A stretch of 64,000 nt of DNA. It comes from a virus (taxonomy: Duplodnaviria; Caudoviricetes). The notes beneath the pieces are model-generated. The model was not told the origin of the DNA. It saw only the letters and a list, made by a program, of their open reading frames with translations, and searched no databases. Positions 50,178 through 62,413 of this stretch are shown piece by piece. The DNA is taken from the IMG/VR virus record IMGVR_UViG_2832410175_000003, positions 32,001-96,000 of that record, one strand, 5' to 3'. Numbering within the stretch: position 1 is the stretch's first letter; each line of letters opens with the position of its first letter. The translations under genes and the position numbers were made by a program.

Positions 50178-50604
50178 ATGGCAGAGAAGAAACCCACGTT
50201 CTACATGATGGTCGGCGTGCCGGGTTCCGGCAAAACCACCTACGCCCGCCAGATTCCGAATGCAACCGTGCTCTCCAGTGACGATATCCGTGCTGAGATC
50301 GGAGCAGACGGCGGCGACAAGAAGATGCACAAGCAGGTCTTCGATATCCTGCATGAGCGCACAAAGGAAGCACTTTCCGCTGGCAACGATGTTGTTTACG
50401 ATGCAACGAATCTGCGTCATACGCGCCGCGCCGAAAGAGTTCCTGATGATGCAGTTCATGGGGCTCTGCGAGGAAGCCTCTCGTCGGCCGCAGCCAATCA
50501 AGCTGAGAATGATTCGCTATGAAGAAGAATGGAATCAGCTTGAGCAGCAGGTCAAACGGCTCGAGTTCAGCATTGAGTTCCGCAACAACAAATTCGGAGG
50601 CTGA
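50178..50604 (+). pseudogene. Truncated polynucleotide kinase (AAA_33) joined out of frame to another gene end
   Basis: GVPGSGKTT, SSDDIR, YDATNL then loss of similarity near 50430. Confidence 0.65.
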
Positions 50605-50710
50605 TTATGAGAAGACAAACGTTAAATCGACTGGGCGACATCGCCGCAGGGATGCTCTTCGGCGCAGTAATGCTTATTCCGATGTTCCTCTACATTTGGG
50701 GCTACGGTGT

Positions 50711-51142
50711 ATGAGCGGCGAGATTTTCCAATCGTTTCCGAATTTCACCCAGAATATGTGGAATGGAAACGAACCGAACTGCAAGGGTCATGATATGGTC
50801 GGCGGCGGGCAATCGCAGAAGTGGACATTCCGATACGGCAATGCAGAAACCTTTGAAGACCGTATCCTGTGTGCCAGCTTCAGCCTAAGCCCAAAGGTAA
50901 CGATTTCAATCGTCGGTGACACGCTGAATATCTTGGATTTTCGTTACAGCGGAAAATTCGACGAATGGAGTTACTGTAATAAGCCGACCGGCCGTATTCA
51001 TGAAACATTTATGGCTGCTCACCAGCACGAACTGGAGCCTGAGCGGATAGAAAAATACCTGAACACAAACATCTCAGACTGTAAAATTTGGGATATGATT
51101 CAGGCAAGAGCAAAAGAATTGTACAACCAAAGTCAAGTTTGA
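50711..51142 (+). CDS. Hypothetical protein
   Basis: ATG overlapping the stop of a small membrane ORF. Confidence 0.55.
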   Translation: MSGEIFQSFPNFTQNMWNGNEPNCKGHDMVGGGQSQKWTFRYGNAETFEDRILCASFSLSPKVTISIVGDTLNILDFRYSGKFDEWSYCNKPTGRIHETFMAAHQHELEPERIEKYLNTNISDCKIWDMIQARAKELYNQSQV

Positions 51143-51262
51143 GAGGAGAACGAGTTTACGAAACATCTGGGAGATATCACAAAGATAAACGGCCGCGAAG
51201 TTCCGGTCGTTGATTGCGTCATCGGTGGCAGTCCTTGCCAAGATGTTAGTATCGCAGGATCT

Positions 51263-51854
51263 AAAGCGGGATTTGGTTTCCGCCTGTTCCCATGCGGGCT
51301 TGGAGTGTCGGCACACGCTGACCGCATTCTCTGATGACATCACAGGCGTGCGTCATATCAAGAATTATGCAGTCTTCGACTGGATCTCCAACGCTAGCCG
51401 CAGATACTCCGGAAGCTCCTTCTTGTTTCGTTCTGCTCTCTTCAGAATTCCCTGACACGCCTTTGCGCTCAAAAAGTATCTCGGGAGCGGATTCTCCTCC
51501 AAAATCTGCGACAAGTGCGATTCTACGGCGACTCTGGGGGACTCCCCAAAACTGTGCATTGAGTACGCGCCAAGCGATACTCCATCCGTCTCCCATGACG
51601 CATCCGGCAGTTCTCCATTTGCCCTTCGGAGGTTCAGGAATAACGGCATTTGGTTCGACGATCCTCGCGATTTCTTCGAGGACTCGTCGGAAATCTTCTC
51701 CTTTGTGGCTGCTGAAAGCTCCGACGACGTTTTCCCATACCATGTATCGAGGACTTGCTGTCCCTGAAGCTGCTTCACTGTGTTCCCTCATTTCTCTTAC
51801 AAGTCGTGTCTGTTCGAAGAAAAGAACTGATCGCTTCCCCTCAAATCCCGCTTT
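51263..51854. other. Inverted segment bounded by 13-bp IRs AAAGCGGGATTTG (51263-75) / CAAATCCCGCTTT (51842-54)
   Basis: Re-inverting restores one continuous reading frame. Confidence 0.9.
51365..51778 (-). CDS. Alternate-frame ORF nested in the MTase (M.EcoHK31I beta-like)
   Basis: ESPRVAVESHLSQILE...YFLSAKACQGILKRA...LPEYLRLAL; GTG start with GAGGGA upstream. Confidence 0.65.
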   Translation of the reverse strand: MKQLQGQQVLDTWYGKTSSELSAATKEKISDESSKKSRGSSNQMPLFLNLRRANGELPDASWETDGVSLGAYSMHSFGESPRVAVESHLSQILEENPLPRYFLSAKACQGILKRAERNKKELPEYLRLALEIQSKTA

Positions 51855-53156
51855 TGTTCCGGCCGGTTTGCGTAGGAAATGGACAGGCACACATTGCGAC
51901 ACATCTCACGCCGGATGTGTGCCAGACACTGAACTGCATGCACGACCCAATGGCGGTGATTGAAGTAAAGCCAGGCAGGGATAAATTCATTCGACGGCTG
52001 ACGCCACTTGAATGCGAAAGATTGCAGGGATTTCCGGATAACTGGACTGACATCGGAGAATGGATAGACTCAAACGGGAAGGTACATAAGGAGAGCGCAA
52101 ACACGGGGCGATACAAGGCAATGGGAAATTCGATTGCGTTGCCGCCCTGGCGATGGGTGCTTAGCAGACTGTATAAACAGTTTGACCGGCCGGCAACGAT
52201 GGCAAGCCTGTTTGATGGAGTTGGAGGTTTCCCTCTGATCTGGAGAGAGCTCGGGGGCGAAACACTGTGGGCAAGCGAAATTGAAAGCTTTCCAATAGAG
52301 GTCACCAAGAAACGATTTTCAGAATGATTTAGGAGTGAGTGTATGAGCAAGTATATTGAGCGAGAAGCAGCAATTATGAAGGCTGAAAAATATGGACTTG
52401 GATATGGCAGCGTGCTTGGACGCCATTCCGGTATTGCCGATTGTATAGCATCAGAGATTGCGACTTTGCCTGCCGCCGACGTTGTGCCGGTGGTACATGG
52501 ACGGAGGTACAGAATAATGCGAAATCCGTGCAAGGACTGTATCTACTACCACAAAGCGAGTCAAACTTGCCAGTCGAAGAAATGTGCTACGGGCAACGAC
52601 GGAAAAGTATCTTGGAATGACAGGATGTTTTGTTCTCCGCGAAAAGATGAATGGAGGCGCAGACAATGACTGAAGTGATTGGGCAGAAAACCGTTAAAAT
52701 ACGGAAAGACCATATGTGTTTTGGCTGCGGACGAAATTTTCATAAAGGAACTTTAATGGAACGCAGTTGCGTAATTGATAGCGACGGTATATGGACCTGT
52801 TATCTATGCCCCACTTGCAAAAAAATTTCCGCTTCGCTGAAATACGGCGATGAATTTGGTTTCGGTGAACTACGGGAAGAAGCTTTAAAAAAGGACGGAG
52901 GTGCGGACAATGGCTGAGTATCATGTTGGCTGTGGCGCTTTTGGCATCTACGCAGGAACACTTGAGCCAAAGAACAAATCCTTGTGGCGTAATAAGTCAG
53001 ACGTTACAGAAGAAGCGATTGAAGCTGTTCGTGACCATATGGTGATGGAACTACTTGGTGGTTTTGGTTGCTCTAAAGCGTCCTCAAGCGGATGGGCGTG
53101 GAAACTCAAAGATGGTCGAACGGTTGAATTGCGCGTGACGATCAAGGAGGAAAACA

Positions 53157-53870
53157 ATGGCGATAAGTAAGAAAATCCGCGAAGAAGTATACCGCAAATA
53201 CGACGGACACTGTGCTTATTGCGGAAGAGAGATGGCATACAAAGATATGCAAGTAGATCATTTTCTCCCACTGAGGGCATGGGGAATTGAAGATGCGGGA
53301 ACAGATGATATTTCGAATCTCATGCCGTCCTGTCGAATGTGTAATCATTACAAGAGAGCCAATACGTTGGAAACATTCCGGCGCTATATCGCAGAAATTC
53401 CGAGAAAGCTGCGTGAAAATTACATCTATAAGGTTGGCGTAGTTTACGGGAATGTGATCGAGAACGAAAAAGCGATTGAGTTTTACTTTGAGAAGCAGAA
53501 AAGTACAACTCATTGGAAAAATGGTGCGAAAATGGCTGAATACATTAACCGTAAAGCTGCGTTTGATGCTATAACCGATCTTGCAGGGAAAGCCCCGACG
53601 CGCTCAGCTTATGAAGCTATATGGAAATCAGCGAGAGTGTTGAAGAAAATCCCTGCCTCCGACGTTGTGCCAACTTCACAGGAGAGAATCTACAAAGATC
53701 TTTTAGATGCTCTGTTTGAAGACGTCAGAAGTCTTGATACCACGCTAGCCGATGAGTGCTGTATGTGCAGCAAAGGGGAATGCGACGACTGCAATTTGCG
53801 CACATTTGAGGACGAACTATTAGCAATCCTCGGACGCGCGTCCGAGAGGAAGAAACGAGTTACAGACTGA
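53157..53870 (+). CDS. HNH endonuclease fused to small phage domain
   Basis: CAYCG...VDH...NLMPSCRMCNHYK. Confidence 0.8.
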   Translation: MAISKKIREEVYRKYDGHCAYCGREMAYKDMQVDHFLPLRAWGIEDAGTDDISNLMPSCRMCNHYKRANTLETFRRYIAEIPRKLRENYIYKVGVVYGNVIENEKAIEFYFEKQKSTTHWKNGAKMAEYINRKAAFDAITDLAGKAPTRSAYEAIWKSARVLKKIPASDVVPTSQERIYKDLLDALFEDVRSLDTTLADECCMCSKGECDDCNLRTFEDELLAILGRASERKKRVTD

Positions 53871-54151
53871 AATGTTTATTTAACGGAGAAACGAAAGTAG
53901 TTTACGGCCGGACATTGCATATCTTCGTGATGAAACGCTTATAAAACCATTGTTTAAGAGGATAAGAAAATGACAAATTATCGGTATATTTGCAAAGATT
54001 GCAAGAACATAATCGTCTACGATCCAGCATGTCTAAAATGGCAGAAAGCACAAGGTTTTGTGGTTTGCCGAGAAACTCAATCCCTATTTTGCCCGTATTG
54101 CGGCTATAAAAATACAATGCAAGATATCGTATATGCCAATGAGGTGAACCA

Positions 54152-54943
54152 ATGATCGGCACAATTATCGGAGATATTGTCGGCTCACGATTCGAGTACG
54201 ATAACATTAAAACCAAAGACTTTGAGTTGTTCACGGATGACTGCCACTTCACCGACGATACAGTTCTGACAGTTGCTGTCGCAGGTGCATTGTTAGACGG
54301 TGGCAGACCAAGTTATTCACAATTACAGAAGAGAACAAGAGTGTGGCTGCGCGGTCTTGCAAAGAAGTACCCCGCCGCAGACTATGGCACACGGTTTGAA
54401 GATTGGGTTAATAGCAAATCCGATGAGCCGACCAACAGCTATGGGAATGGAGCTGCGAGTCGAATTTCTCCTGTCGGCTTTGTTACCGCAAGCCGTGAAC
54501 AGACGATAACGCTCGCGGATACGATTACCGGCGTAACGCATAATCATGTTCACGCGCTCATTGGTGCCAGCGCGGTGGCTGTGTCAACGTATTATGCGCG
54601 AATCGGGTGGCCAAAAGAGCAGATCAAGAAACACATCAACGAATATTTTTACCAAATGGACTTCACTCTGGATGAAATTCGGCCAACGTATTCGTATTCT
54701 CTGGCGTGCTGGGATACCGTCCCGCAGGCGCTCGAAGCGTTTTTTGAATCGACCAGTTTTGAGGATGCTATCCGCAACGCGATTTCAATCGGTGGTGATA
54801 GCGATACGATTGCCGCAATTACCGGCGGTGTAGCCGAAGCATACTATGGCGTGCCGCAGGAATTAAGAGAAAAGGCCGAATCTTATCTGGATGAACGACT
54901 TCTTCGTGTTATCCATGCCTTTGAAAACCTATTTGAACGATGA
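54152..54943 (+). CDS. ADP-ribosylglycohydrolase (DraG/ARH family)
   Basis: IGDIVG, FTDDT, SYGNGAASR, TH, GGDSDT. Confidence 0.93.
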   Translation: MIGTIIGDIVGSRFEYDNIKTKDFELFTDDCHFTDDTVLTVAVAGALLDGGRPSYSQLQKRTRVWLRGLAKKYPAADYGTRFEDWVNSKSDEPTNSYGNGAASRISPVGFVTASREQTITLADTITGVTHNHVHALIGASAVAVSTYYARIGWPKEQIKKHINEYFYQMDFTLDEIRPTYSYSLACWDTVPQALEAFFESTSFEDAIRNAISIGGDSDTIAAITGGVAEAYYGVPQELREKAESYLDERLLRVIHAFENLFER

Positions 54944-54955
54944 GGTGTTTGTAGC

Positions 54956-57900
54956 GTGACGTTAGACGAAGCCATTGAATACTGGCGCAAGAGAACAAAA
55001 GATTCTAAAGAAAACCGTTCTTATCAGTCAGCCAGTCTAAGCGAGCAGCATGTAAATTGGCTCGAGGAATTAAAAGAACTTCGTGCTGAAACGCAGAGAA
55101 GCAAAGATGCTCGGCCACTTACCCCATATGAACTGATGAGTATGGACGGCCAAGAAGTCTGGGTGGTTCTAAAAGAAACTCCTGATTATCCAAAAGAGAT
55201 TGTCCCATGCTTTGTCGATTCCATTAACATGAATATGATTGGAAACCGAGAAGAATATGTGGATTATATGTTGAGTTTTGCTCCTCAATCAGGCCGGTAC
55301 TGGAATGAGTGGGTAGCTTACCGTAACAAGCCGGAGGTTCGAGAGAAGTGAAAATACTTAAACACGGGTTTGATAGGGAGTTTACAGTCATCTGTGAAAG
55401 ATGTGGTTGTATTTACACAATCACCAAGGACGACGTTGAAATCGAAAAAAGCATGAAGCGCGGAAGAATGGTATATTCTGCAATCACTATCCATTGTCCG
55501 GAGTGTAACTGGGATCAGTGCCTTGATACCGACGTTGAAGAAGGAATGCGGCGGATGTTCGTGTGCGATAGGGGGTAAATAAGAATGTACTATAAGGCAG
55601 AATGCTTTGTAATGCTATTCAGTTTGTTGGCCCGCGCCGAAGTCGAAGGAGTGGAACTGTGAAAGTAATCACTCACGGAAAATTCGGCGCACGAAGACAT
55701 AGATGTGTCGGGTGCGAATGTGTATTTGAGTACACGACGGACGATATCCATCACGCGGGCACAGACGACTACGAGGGCACAGACGACGGCCGGAGATTAT
55801 TCGTTCTGTGCCCCGAGTGCGGCAGACCAGTAGCAGCTGTGTGGAGGAAGAGATAAACATGTGGGAAGATAACGACTACTGTTACGAATGCACCGGATAC
55901 GGTGATGACTGGTACGAGGATGAGAACGGCGAACTTCAATCTCGCTGCGGTGACTGCCCGTTTAATCCGTCATACGATCCCGAGGAAGATTGGTAATGTA
56001 CGACAGCTTCATCGACATTTGGGAGGGAAGCCCTATGTGGGGACAACACATCGAAGACTGGAAAACATCAGAAGAACAGAACGACGATTCATCCAACCGC
56101 TGGATTGTCGAGCTGGCGGATAACGGCTGGATGGATCACATCTGTCCTCGATGTCATTATAAGCGCAATCTGGACAACCATGTAATCAACACATATAGGT
56201 ATTGCCCGTACTGCGGCAAGCGACTTTATGGAGGAGGAAACGACGATGGGCCTCGACGTTACGATTAAGGAAGTACAAGAGTTCCGCTGTCCAGACTGCG
56301 GCAAGCTCGTAACGACAAAGGATGTCAACGAGGTCAACGCCGGAGGGCCTGACTGGTACGATTTCTTAAAGTCAATCGACTATTACGCTGAGGGCGGCGA
56401 TAGCGATTGGTACGGCAAAGATATGGTACTTACGGATGAACAGGCTCGTGAGCTTGCCAAGTATTCTGTCAAAAATGTTTACTGGCCGAACAACGATATC
56501 GAAAAGCTCGTGGCAGTCGCTCTGCTGAAAGGTCATAAGGTGGTTGTCAATGCAGACTGGTGATACACAAATCATTTATTGCCGAGACTGCAAGTTCTAC
56601 GGAGTAGGAGAGGGAGGCATTAAGGATTGTCTTAATCCGTTTGGATTACTTATCGCCAAAGAATTTGATTTTTGCAGCTTAGCAGAGTTAAAAAGTAATA
56701 GCGAAGGAGAACAAAATAAAAGCTGGCTTAATGCTCGCGGTTAATCCACAAGTAAAAGGAAGAATGAAGGAGAAAGAGCAAAAATGAGTTTTCCATATCG
56801 AGAAAAAATGAACAATCTCAGAACTGGCGATATTTTTGAGAAAGACGGGGTTATTTATGCAGCGTTAAGTGGACCCTCATATTTCGTGGACCTATCTTGC
56901 TGCACAATGATCGTGACAATACCAAAAATTATGAAAGAAAAAATGATTTTTGATGGCGATTTCGACTTCATTTTAGTCGTTCCGGAAGAAGAAGTTGAAG
57001 TAGTAGGCGTAGATATAAACGTGATAGCAAAACATAACGAAGTAGTTTGTCAGCAATCTAAAAAGAGGTAATTCAAGATGGACTTTCCACAGACAAAGAA
57101 AATGCGTGATCTCAGGACTGGCGACGTTTTTGTGCGAGACGACTTTACATATGTAGCAATCGCCGACCCATACTACGGCACAGTCTGGGTGACAAAGCCG
57201 GAATTCGTAAACGAAAATGGAGTATACAGCTGCACATCGGCTGATTTGCTGCAATACAAGCCAGACGATGAGGCAGAAGTCATCGGCCAAGATGAGCGCC
57301 CTCTGAAGATGTTCCGGCGAAAATACACTTATTCTAACGAAAAGGAGTAACCTAAATGCGACTTTACTGGCTCTTACTTATTATTCCGTTCTTTGTTCTG
57401 TCTGTCATAGACGTAAAGAAGACATGTAAGAAGATCAAAGAAACCCGCAGGAACCCGGCAATTCGTGATGACGCACTGAATCTCGGACTCTCCGTGTATG
57501 CGCTGATTGTCTGCACGGTGCTGATGATCCTGATGATGCTCGGGGTGGTCGGATGATCTTCTGGGTCTCGCTCTTCGTTATAACTGTGACAATGGATTGG
57601 CTTATTGTTAATGCGTCAACAGAAGAAGAAGAACTAGTCGCAGCAGTTCTCGGAATCATAGCAATGATTATGATACTTGTGTACTTTGCGCGGTAAGGAG
57701 ATTTTATGACAGCAGGAATTATTGCACTCTTATTCGGTGTGGCCGGGTTTATCCTAAACACGTCCTCTGGCCGAGTAAAAGGTGACCGAATTCTACGATG
57801 GCAGCTTAGAAGTGCCGCAGAATCGTGTTTCATCTTCTCGGTTTTGTTCTGGATGGCTTTCGCATTCCACTTGATTTGTACGATGAGAGGTGCGTAACGT

Positions 57901-58612
57901 GAAAAAATATGTGAATACGGCAATGATTACTTCTGGTTCCGCGGACGATTTTAATAAACGCTTAGCGAGTACGATTGAGGATTTTCAGAATCATGGCTGC
58001 GAAGTTGAGGTTCAGTATCAAACTGTGTTCAGAAAGTCTTCAGAACATTTTTTATACACCGCGTTGGTTCTCGCATATCGAATGGAGTGATTGTTATGTT
58101 TTTGAGATGGTATCGCAGAAAAATCGCAGAAGCAGTTGAAGCAAGAATGTCATATATGGCAACTTGCCTGAATGAGCGTGACATCATTTTGAACATTATC
58201 GCCCCAAAAGATTACAAACGAAAGGGTATACCACATTGTAGCACAGATTGCCACAACAAATCATGTTATTCCTATCGTGCCAATAAGAAAGGCTGATTTG
58301 ATTATGCAATACGTTCCAAAAATTCAAAAAGGTGATATTACTGACATATATGTGGCTGGCATGAAATTATTCTCGGTCAGACTCGGAGAGATTGATTGCT
58401 CTTTCGAAACGGCCGAAATCAGGAATGAAGTCAGGCCGGGTGTAGTTGAAGTGACAATTCCTGCGGATTTTGTACCTAACTGCAAAATCACAATAGAAGG
58501 AACTGTCCAGTCAGACGTAGAACTCTCCTTTACAAAATCCGTTTCGCCCGAGAGGGCCACTACGGCTGACGATATGATCAGCGAATTACAACAATTCATT
58601 ATCGAAAAGTAA
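54956..58612 (+). other. Run of ~15 small CDSs, many Zn-ribbon or membrane proteins
   Basis: Overlapping start/stop codons, RBSs, CxxC pairs. Confidence 0.7.
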
Positions 58613-58639
58613 ATCTGAGCGTGAAAGGAACTGAATCAG

Positions 58640-59437
58640 GTGGCAAATAATAATTATTGGATAGGCAAAGAGGCACGAGCTAAAAGGGCTGCCGAATGGA
58701 CAACTAAGAATACGAGAGAACACAGCGAGGAAATAAGACGAAGCGTTGCCAACGCTAAGATCTACGATGATGAGGATGGACGCAAGCGCGTTTTCATGCC
58801 AGGCGCACCCACCTCTGTGCCGGTTCTTCGCTTGCTCGCAGAAGATTCTGTTACGGCACTTTGTAATTGCAAAGCAAAGCATCCCTCGCAAAAGGTCGCC
58901 GTGCTCAATTTCGCGTCCTACAAGAACCCCGGCGGCATGTTCCTAAAGGGCAGTCGTGCACAGGAAGAGTGCCTGTGCCACGAGTCGTTCTTGTATAATG
59001 TGTTGCGTGAGTTTGAGGAAGAGTATTATAGTCAGAATCGAAAAACGCTGCGCCGAGCAATGTACACCAATCGCGCCATTTATGCCCCTGATGTACACTT
59101 TTACCACAACGGGGGAGATGTGACCTGCGACGTCATTACATGTGCAGCTCCCAATTTTTCTGCAGGTGCTAAGTACGCGAACGTAGATCCCGCAACTAAC
59201 AGCAAAGCCTTATTTTCTCGTATTCGCTTTGTTTTGGACGTTGCCGCAGTGCAGAAAGTAGATACGCTGGTTCTTGGCGCGTTCGGCTGCGGTGTATTTG
59301 GACAGAACCCAACGGAGGTAGCTGAGATCATGCGAGACCTTGCAGGAAAATATCCTTTTGCTGAAGTCATATTCGCAATACCTGACCCAAACCATGAGAA
59401 TTATGTTTCGTTTGCTAAGGTTTTCGATAATCACTGA
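58640..59437 (+). CDS. TIGR02452/DUF2263 bacterial PARG-like macrodomain protein
   Basis: LNFASYKNPGG.FLKGSRAQEECL; VLGAFGCGVF. Confidence 0.9.
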   Translation: MANNNYWIGKEARAKRAAEWTTKNTREHSEEIRRSVANAKIYDDEDGRKRVFMPGAPTSVPVLRLLAEDSVTALCNCKAKHPSQKVAVLNFASYKNPGGMFLKGSRAQEECLCHESFLYNVLREFEEEYYSQNRKTLRRAMYTNRAIYAPDVHFYHNGGDVTCDVITCAAPNFSAGAKYANVDPATNSKALFSRIRFVLDVAAVQKVDTLVLGAFGCGVFGQNPTEVAEIMRDLAGKYPFAEVIFAIPDPNHENYVSFAKVFDNH

Positions 59438-59644
59438 TTTTCGGATGAGTAATGACATCGAGTACATCGACATCTGGGCATCAGCACCGCCGAGTGAAGA
59501 ATATGCGTCTGAACTTTGCAGAATGTTCCTCGTAATCGAAAGAAACCTTAAAATTCCGAAACTGGCAGGAGAAATTCCGCAAGAGACACTCGATAACGGT
59601 TTGGAGCTCTTGATGGATAAAATATATCAAGAATGGGTGTTCTG

Positions 59645-59851
59645 ATGAAAACAAACAAGGAAATCCAAATTTACAGAAGCGCGAGTATTTTTCGAAGAAT
59701 GTCAACTGTTCGATTTGCCGAGGAATACATGGGTATACAGTTGTTCCCTTATCAGAAGTTGTTGCTGTATCTGTTGGATGCAAAATATTACTTCGAAAAA
59801 GACTGGCCGATTCGACCGTTTGGACTCAACAGAAAGGTTTGGTGGAACTGA
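59645..59851 (+). CDS. Small protein resembling TerL N-terminus
   Basis: VRFAEEYMGIQLFPYQKLLL vs TerL HRFAQDYLGMKWLAMFQCILL. Confidence 0.55.
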   Translation: MKTNKEIQIYRSASIFRRMSTVRFAEEYMGIQLFPYQKLLLYLLDAKYYFEKDWPIRPFGLNRKVWWN

Positions 59852-62234
59852 TGTATATCAAGAAAAGCGAATACTCGGCAATGCAGGAAGAACTGAAAAC
59901 CCTTCGTCTGCAGGCGGAGGTAAATAGTGCCTGGACGGAAATGAAGAAGATTGACCCGAAGCCGGGGGAATATGTAATAGTAAAGTTCAAATACGGCCGA
60001 GTTAAATGGGATTCTCTTCAGTTTTTCATGAATAACTGCAAGAAGAAATTCCCGAACAATAAGGTATACGCGATTATCGATGATATGGATATGCAGGTTT
60101 GGGACGCCGGCAGACTGAACGAGTTTATTCGTAAGCTCAGAGAGGATGCAATTTCGAATGGAGCGTTCGATGACTGATAGAGAGCTCGAAAAACGCCTGC
60201 GAGCTATCCGAAAAGAAGGCCGCAAACGCGCAAGACATCGTAGTAGCATCCCATTGCTGACCAGACTGCGGCTGAATCTTCTCTTCTGGCTGTATATGGC
60301 GTGCCCGTATGGGTGGACAAACACCAGAGAGAGAATCAATAATCGCTGGACTGCGATATATCAGTAGAAGTTATAAACGAAAATAGAAAGGGAAATAGCG
60401 AGTGACTTGTGTTGCGTTTTGCCCGCAATGCGGGAAAAGTGTTTCGTATGACAAAGTGATAAGACCACAATGGGTGACAATCAAAGGAATAACTTTTTCT
60501 TATAATGAAAGACTTGCGCTCTGTCCAGAATGCAGAGAAGAGGTTTATGTTGCCGCAGTCAGTGATTTGAATGTGAGAACCCGAGAGCAAGCATATTTTC
60601 GAGCTTTAGAATCTTCCCGGACAAAGAAATGAGGTTTTTATATGGACTTTTCTGAGCGATTCCCTGACATGAAAGTCGGAGAAGCAAAGCACACACTTCT
60701 CAAGCATCAGATCAGCTTGCCATGCTGTATCTGTGGGAAGAAAACTCCATTCTCCGATCTCCGTTTTGGGCGACGATTTTGCAGTTCAGACTGCTTCAAC
60801 ATATTTTACGACGAGGTATACGAATGAGAAAAGTTTTTGTTGCCGCTATGATTATTTGCTTATTCTTGGTGACATTAACTGGCTGTTCGGTTACGGTGCG
60901 AGAGTCATCTGAAAATCCAGATGCCATCTCGACTACTGGACTTAGATCAAGCCAAGGAAGCGGAACGTTTTGTGATATCTGCGGTAAAGAGTTGAGTAAC
61001 CGAGAACGCGGCGAAAAATATCAGATTACGTTCTTCAGTGGGCGTATCGTGGAGGAGACATACAACTTAGTATGTCCAGATTGTGCAGACAACATTGAAG
61101 CATACATTGAACAATTAGGGAGTGAACAATAATGACCAGAGTATTTTGTGATATCTGTGGGAAAGAAATTTACCATGGATTGACGAAACCGCTATATGAG
61201 GTCAGTGTAAGTGCTGTGGGCGGATCTCTATCCAAGGAAGAAAGAGTGTATGTTCATGAGGAAGTTTGTTCTGAATGTGCAAAAGCCATCGAGTCTCATA
61301 TAAAAGAAATGGCCGGATCAATATCAACTAAGTTTCGATAACACAAAAGGTTAATTTGGAGTGACTCACAATGGGTGAAGCAAAACGAAAGCCCCGTCCA
61401 TCGGTTCCGCACTATGTCTGGTTCGACCGTGACGACTGCTGGTTTTGCAAGAACCCAAACAACTGCAACCAGTGCAAAGCAAATCGCAAATGGTTAAAAG
61501 AGAACGTGCCGAAGAAAGAGAAAGGGTATCACACTTGATTATAATGTTCAGAATTTTTCTATGCCTTATCGGTGTCGCTCTGTTCTTTGCAGGAATTCAT
61601 CTCGTGGGAGATTCAGATGTTGAATGGCTGCTCGGGGAAAATGACAACAAAGCGCTTCTGAAACAGGCTATTGGACAGTTTTGTGTGATTGGCAGCATCT
61701 TAATTCTTGCAGTATTGGGGTGGACATGCGGATGACAAAAGGCACATACACGCGCGATTTCTACATTCTGCCGACCATCTTGTTCCATAACGGTGAATGT
61801 TACGTTAGCATTGAACTGGCATGGCTTAAATGGTATATCGGCATTGTTTTAATGGAGGACGACTAATGAATCGCACGACTGTTAACATCTCGGATTTGAG
61901 CCCCAAAGCACAGGAGCTTTACCACAAGATTATGAGAGGCGAATATCTCACAGAACAGAGCGAAGACATTCCTCTGCCGATGCGCCGCTATTTTTGTCAG
62001 GCGCTCCATCTGGTTCGTGGATGGTTTGAAAGTCATCAAGATCAGCTGAAGCGGTACTGTATGAACAACACAGCCGGAACAATCGCCATCCTAAAGGAGA
62101 TGGAGAAAACCCCGGACGAGTTGATGAAGGGCGACTTCGCGGAGTTTCCAGTGCCGGAACCGTTTAACACAAAGTTCAATAAGATAGCAAAGAAAATGCG
62201 AGAAAAACTCGCAAAAAGAGAAAAGAGTGATTAA
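59851..62234 (+). other. Run of ~10 small hypothetical CDSs (Zn ribbons, lipoprotein, membrane proteins)
   Basis: Co-oriented coupled ORFs. Confidence 0.7.
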
Positions 62235-62413
62235 AAATCGGAATTCCACAGTTTATTGTCCTCGTATGGACAGTATTAGAACTCTACATTGGGTGGTATT
62301 ATCATGGACAACCGCTGCCGGGCAAAATTGATTTTCGCGTACAGGGAATTTCGTGCGCGATTAAACTCATTGTACTGGCAGCCGGCGGATTCTTCGATTA
62401 AAAAAAGTTGACG

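Larger units (their letters stand above)
51158..52327 (+). pseudogene. dcm: Circularly permuted C5 cytosine methyltransferase with internal inversion (OFF orientation) and ACG start
   Basis: GGSPCQD on +; ENV and QSRRR on - between IRs; RRLTPLECERLQGF, GNS, then SLFDGVGGF...WASEI on +. Confidence 0.9.
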
